Origin: a virus
Lineage: Duplodnaviria > Caudoviricetes
Reading direction: 5' to 3' (one strand)
Length of the DNA stretch: 33,137 nt
IMG/VR virus record: IMGVR_UViG_3300049009_000318
Location: 1-33,137 of that record
The notes under the pieces were generated by a model. It was not told the origin of the DNA. It did no database searches and saw nothing but the letters and a program-made list of their open reading frames with translations. Positions within the stretch are counted from its first letter, which is position 1; the number at the start of each line of letters is the position of its first letter. Positions 32,559 to 33,137 of the stretch are shown here, piece by piece. The translations under genes were made by a program, and so were the position numbers.

Positions 32559-32885
32559 TTACAAATGCTCCTTTTGGTTGATTGTCATACAGGTTGGAAA
32601 AGTGAGAGAAATTCTCTTGCGGGGAAAAAGTGAGGAAAATTTTGGGGTGGCCCCCGGCGACCGTGGTGAGGGGTGGGGGGCAAGGGGTCGCGTTCCGGGC
32701 GCGTCGTCGGGCGCGGATCGCAGGCGCACACGCTGGCGCATATAGCGAGACCCAGCTGCCTGGGAGCCAGACACCCTCGATCCGCTGGGCGTGTACAAAA
32801 CCCATACGTTCGTCTGCGATTTGAACAGACCGATTTAAACGGCCTACAACGCGCTGACTGGATGGGATGCTACCTGCGTACCAGC

Positions 32886-33137
32886 TCATGGTTTTGCAGG
32901 GCTTCCTGAGCCTTCCAGGTGCCTTGCCGTGGCATCGGATTGGTGCTCGATCACTGCATTGATCCACCACTCCAGTCGTTTGGGGGGCTCGACACCCTCG
33001 CGCCTGGCCGCTGCCAGCAGGTCGTCAACCGCCTGCTCGACCTGACCGACAGTGAAGTCCAGGTCAGTCAGGTATCCAATCAACATTTCTTCGTTTTGGT
33101 TGTTCAGAACATTTAAACTTCTTTTAATAAATATATC
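32886..33137 (-). CDS. ORF open to the window end; likely C-terminal domain of the replication initiator
   Basis: The frame of the 66-aa ORF (MLIGYLTDL...) has no stop back to base 33137 and no clear RBS at ATG 33086. Confidence 0.55.
   Translation of the reverse strand, partial: DIFIKRSLNVLNNQNEEMLIGYLTDLDFTVGQVEQAVDDLLAAARREGVEPPKRLEWWINAVIEHQSDATARHLEGSGSPAKP

Larger units (their letters stand above)
1..33137. mobile_element. Near-complete podovirus-type bacteriophage genome (circularly permuted)
   Basis: Full packaging, head, short-tail, internal-virion and lysis modules plus replication and recombination genes. No host genes seen. Minus-strand ORFs run open off both window ends. Confidence 0.93.

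Noticed and set aside
32548-32970. 140-aa and 79-aa ORFs in the G-rich gap
   Set aside because: No RBS or protein-like composition; the region reads as regulatory or packaging DNA.

Overview
The window looks like an essentially complete, circularly permuted ~33 kb genome of a short-tailed (podovirus-type) dsDNA phage. A betaproteobacterial host in fresh water is an inference from gene style only. The minus strand carries a long leftward block. It begins with an RHH regulator, a RuvC-like nuclease, an array of small ORFs, a sigma-region-4 protein and an HTH replication initiator that contains iterons and a DnaA box and spans the window ends. It continues through an SSB-like gene, TerS, TerL, portal, scaffold, major capsid, tail tubular A/B, four internal virion proteins, a tail fibre and an enlarged lysis cluster (GH19 endolysin, Rz with embedded Rz1). 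A short plus-strand block (4117-7810) holds a serine recombinase, a YqaJ exonuclease and a RecT-like protein. I found no DNA or RNA polymerase, helicase, CI-type repressor, tRNA or CRISPR. The most interesting signals are: (1) a putative injected protein with an HhH-GPD glycosylase-like K...D motif that hides a small acidic gene with a perfect Shine-Dalgarno in another frame of its 3' end, a candidate effector/inhibitor pair; (2) small ORFs joined by a shared RBS+stop/start junction repeat, including an 'empty' 9-codon cassette; and (3) an 18-bp operator shared by the RHH promoter and a late promoter 26 kb away. All functional calls come from motif recognition by eye; no database searches were run.
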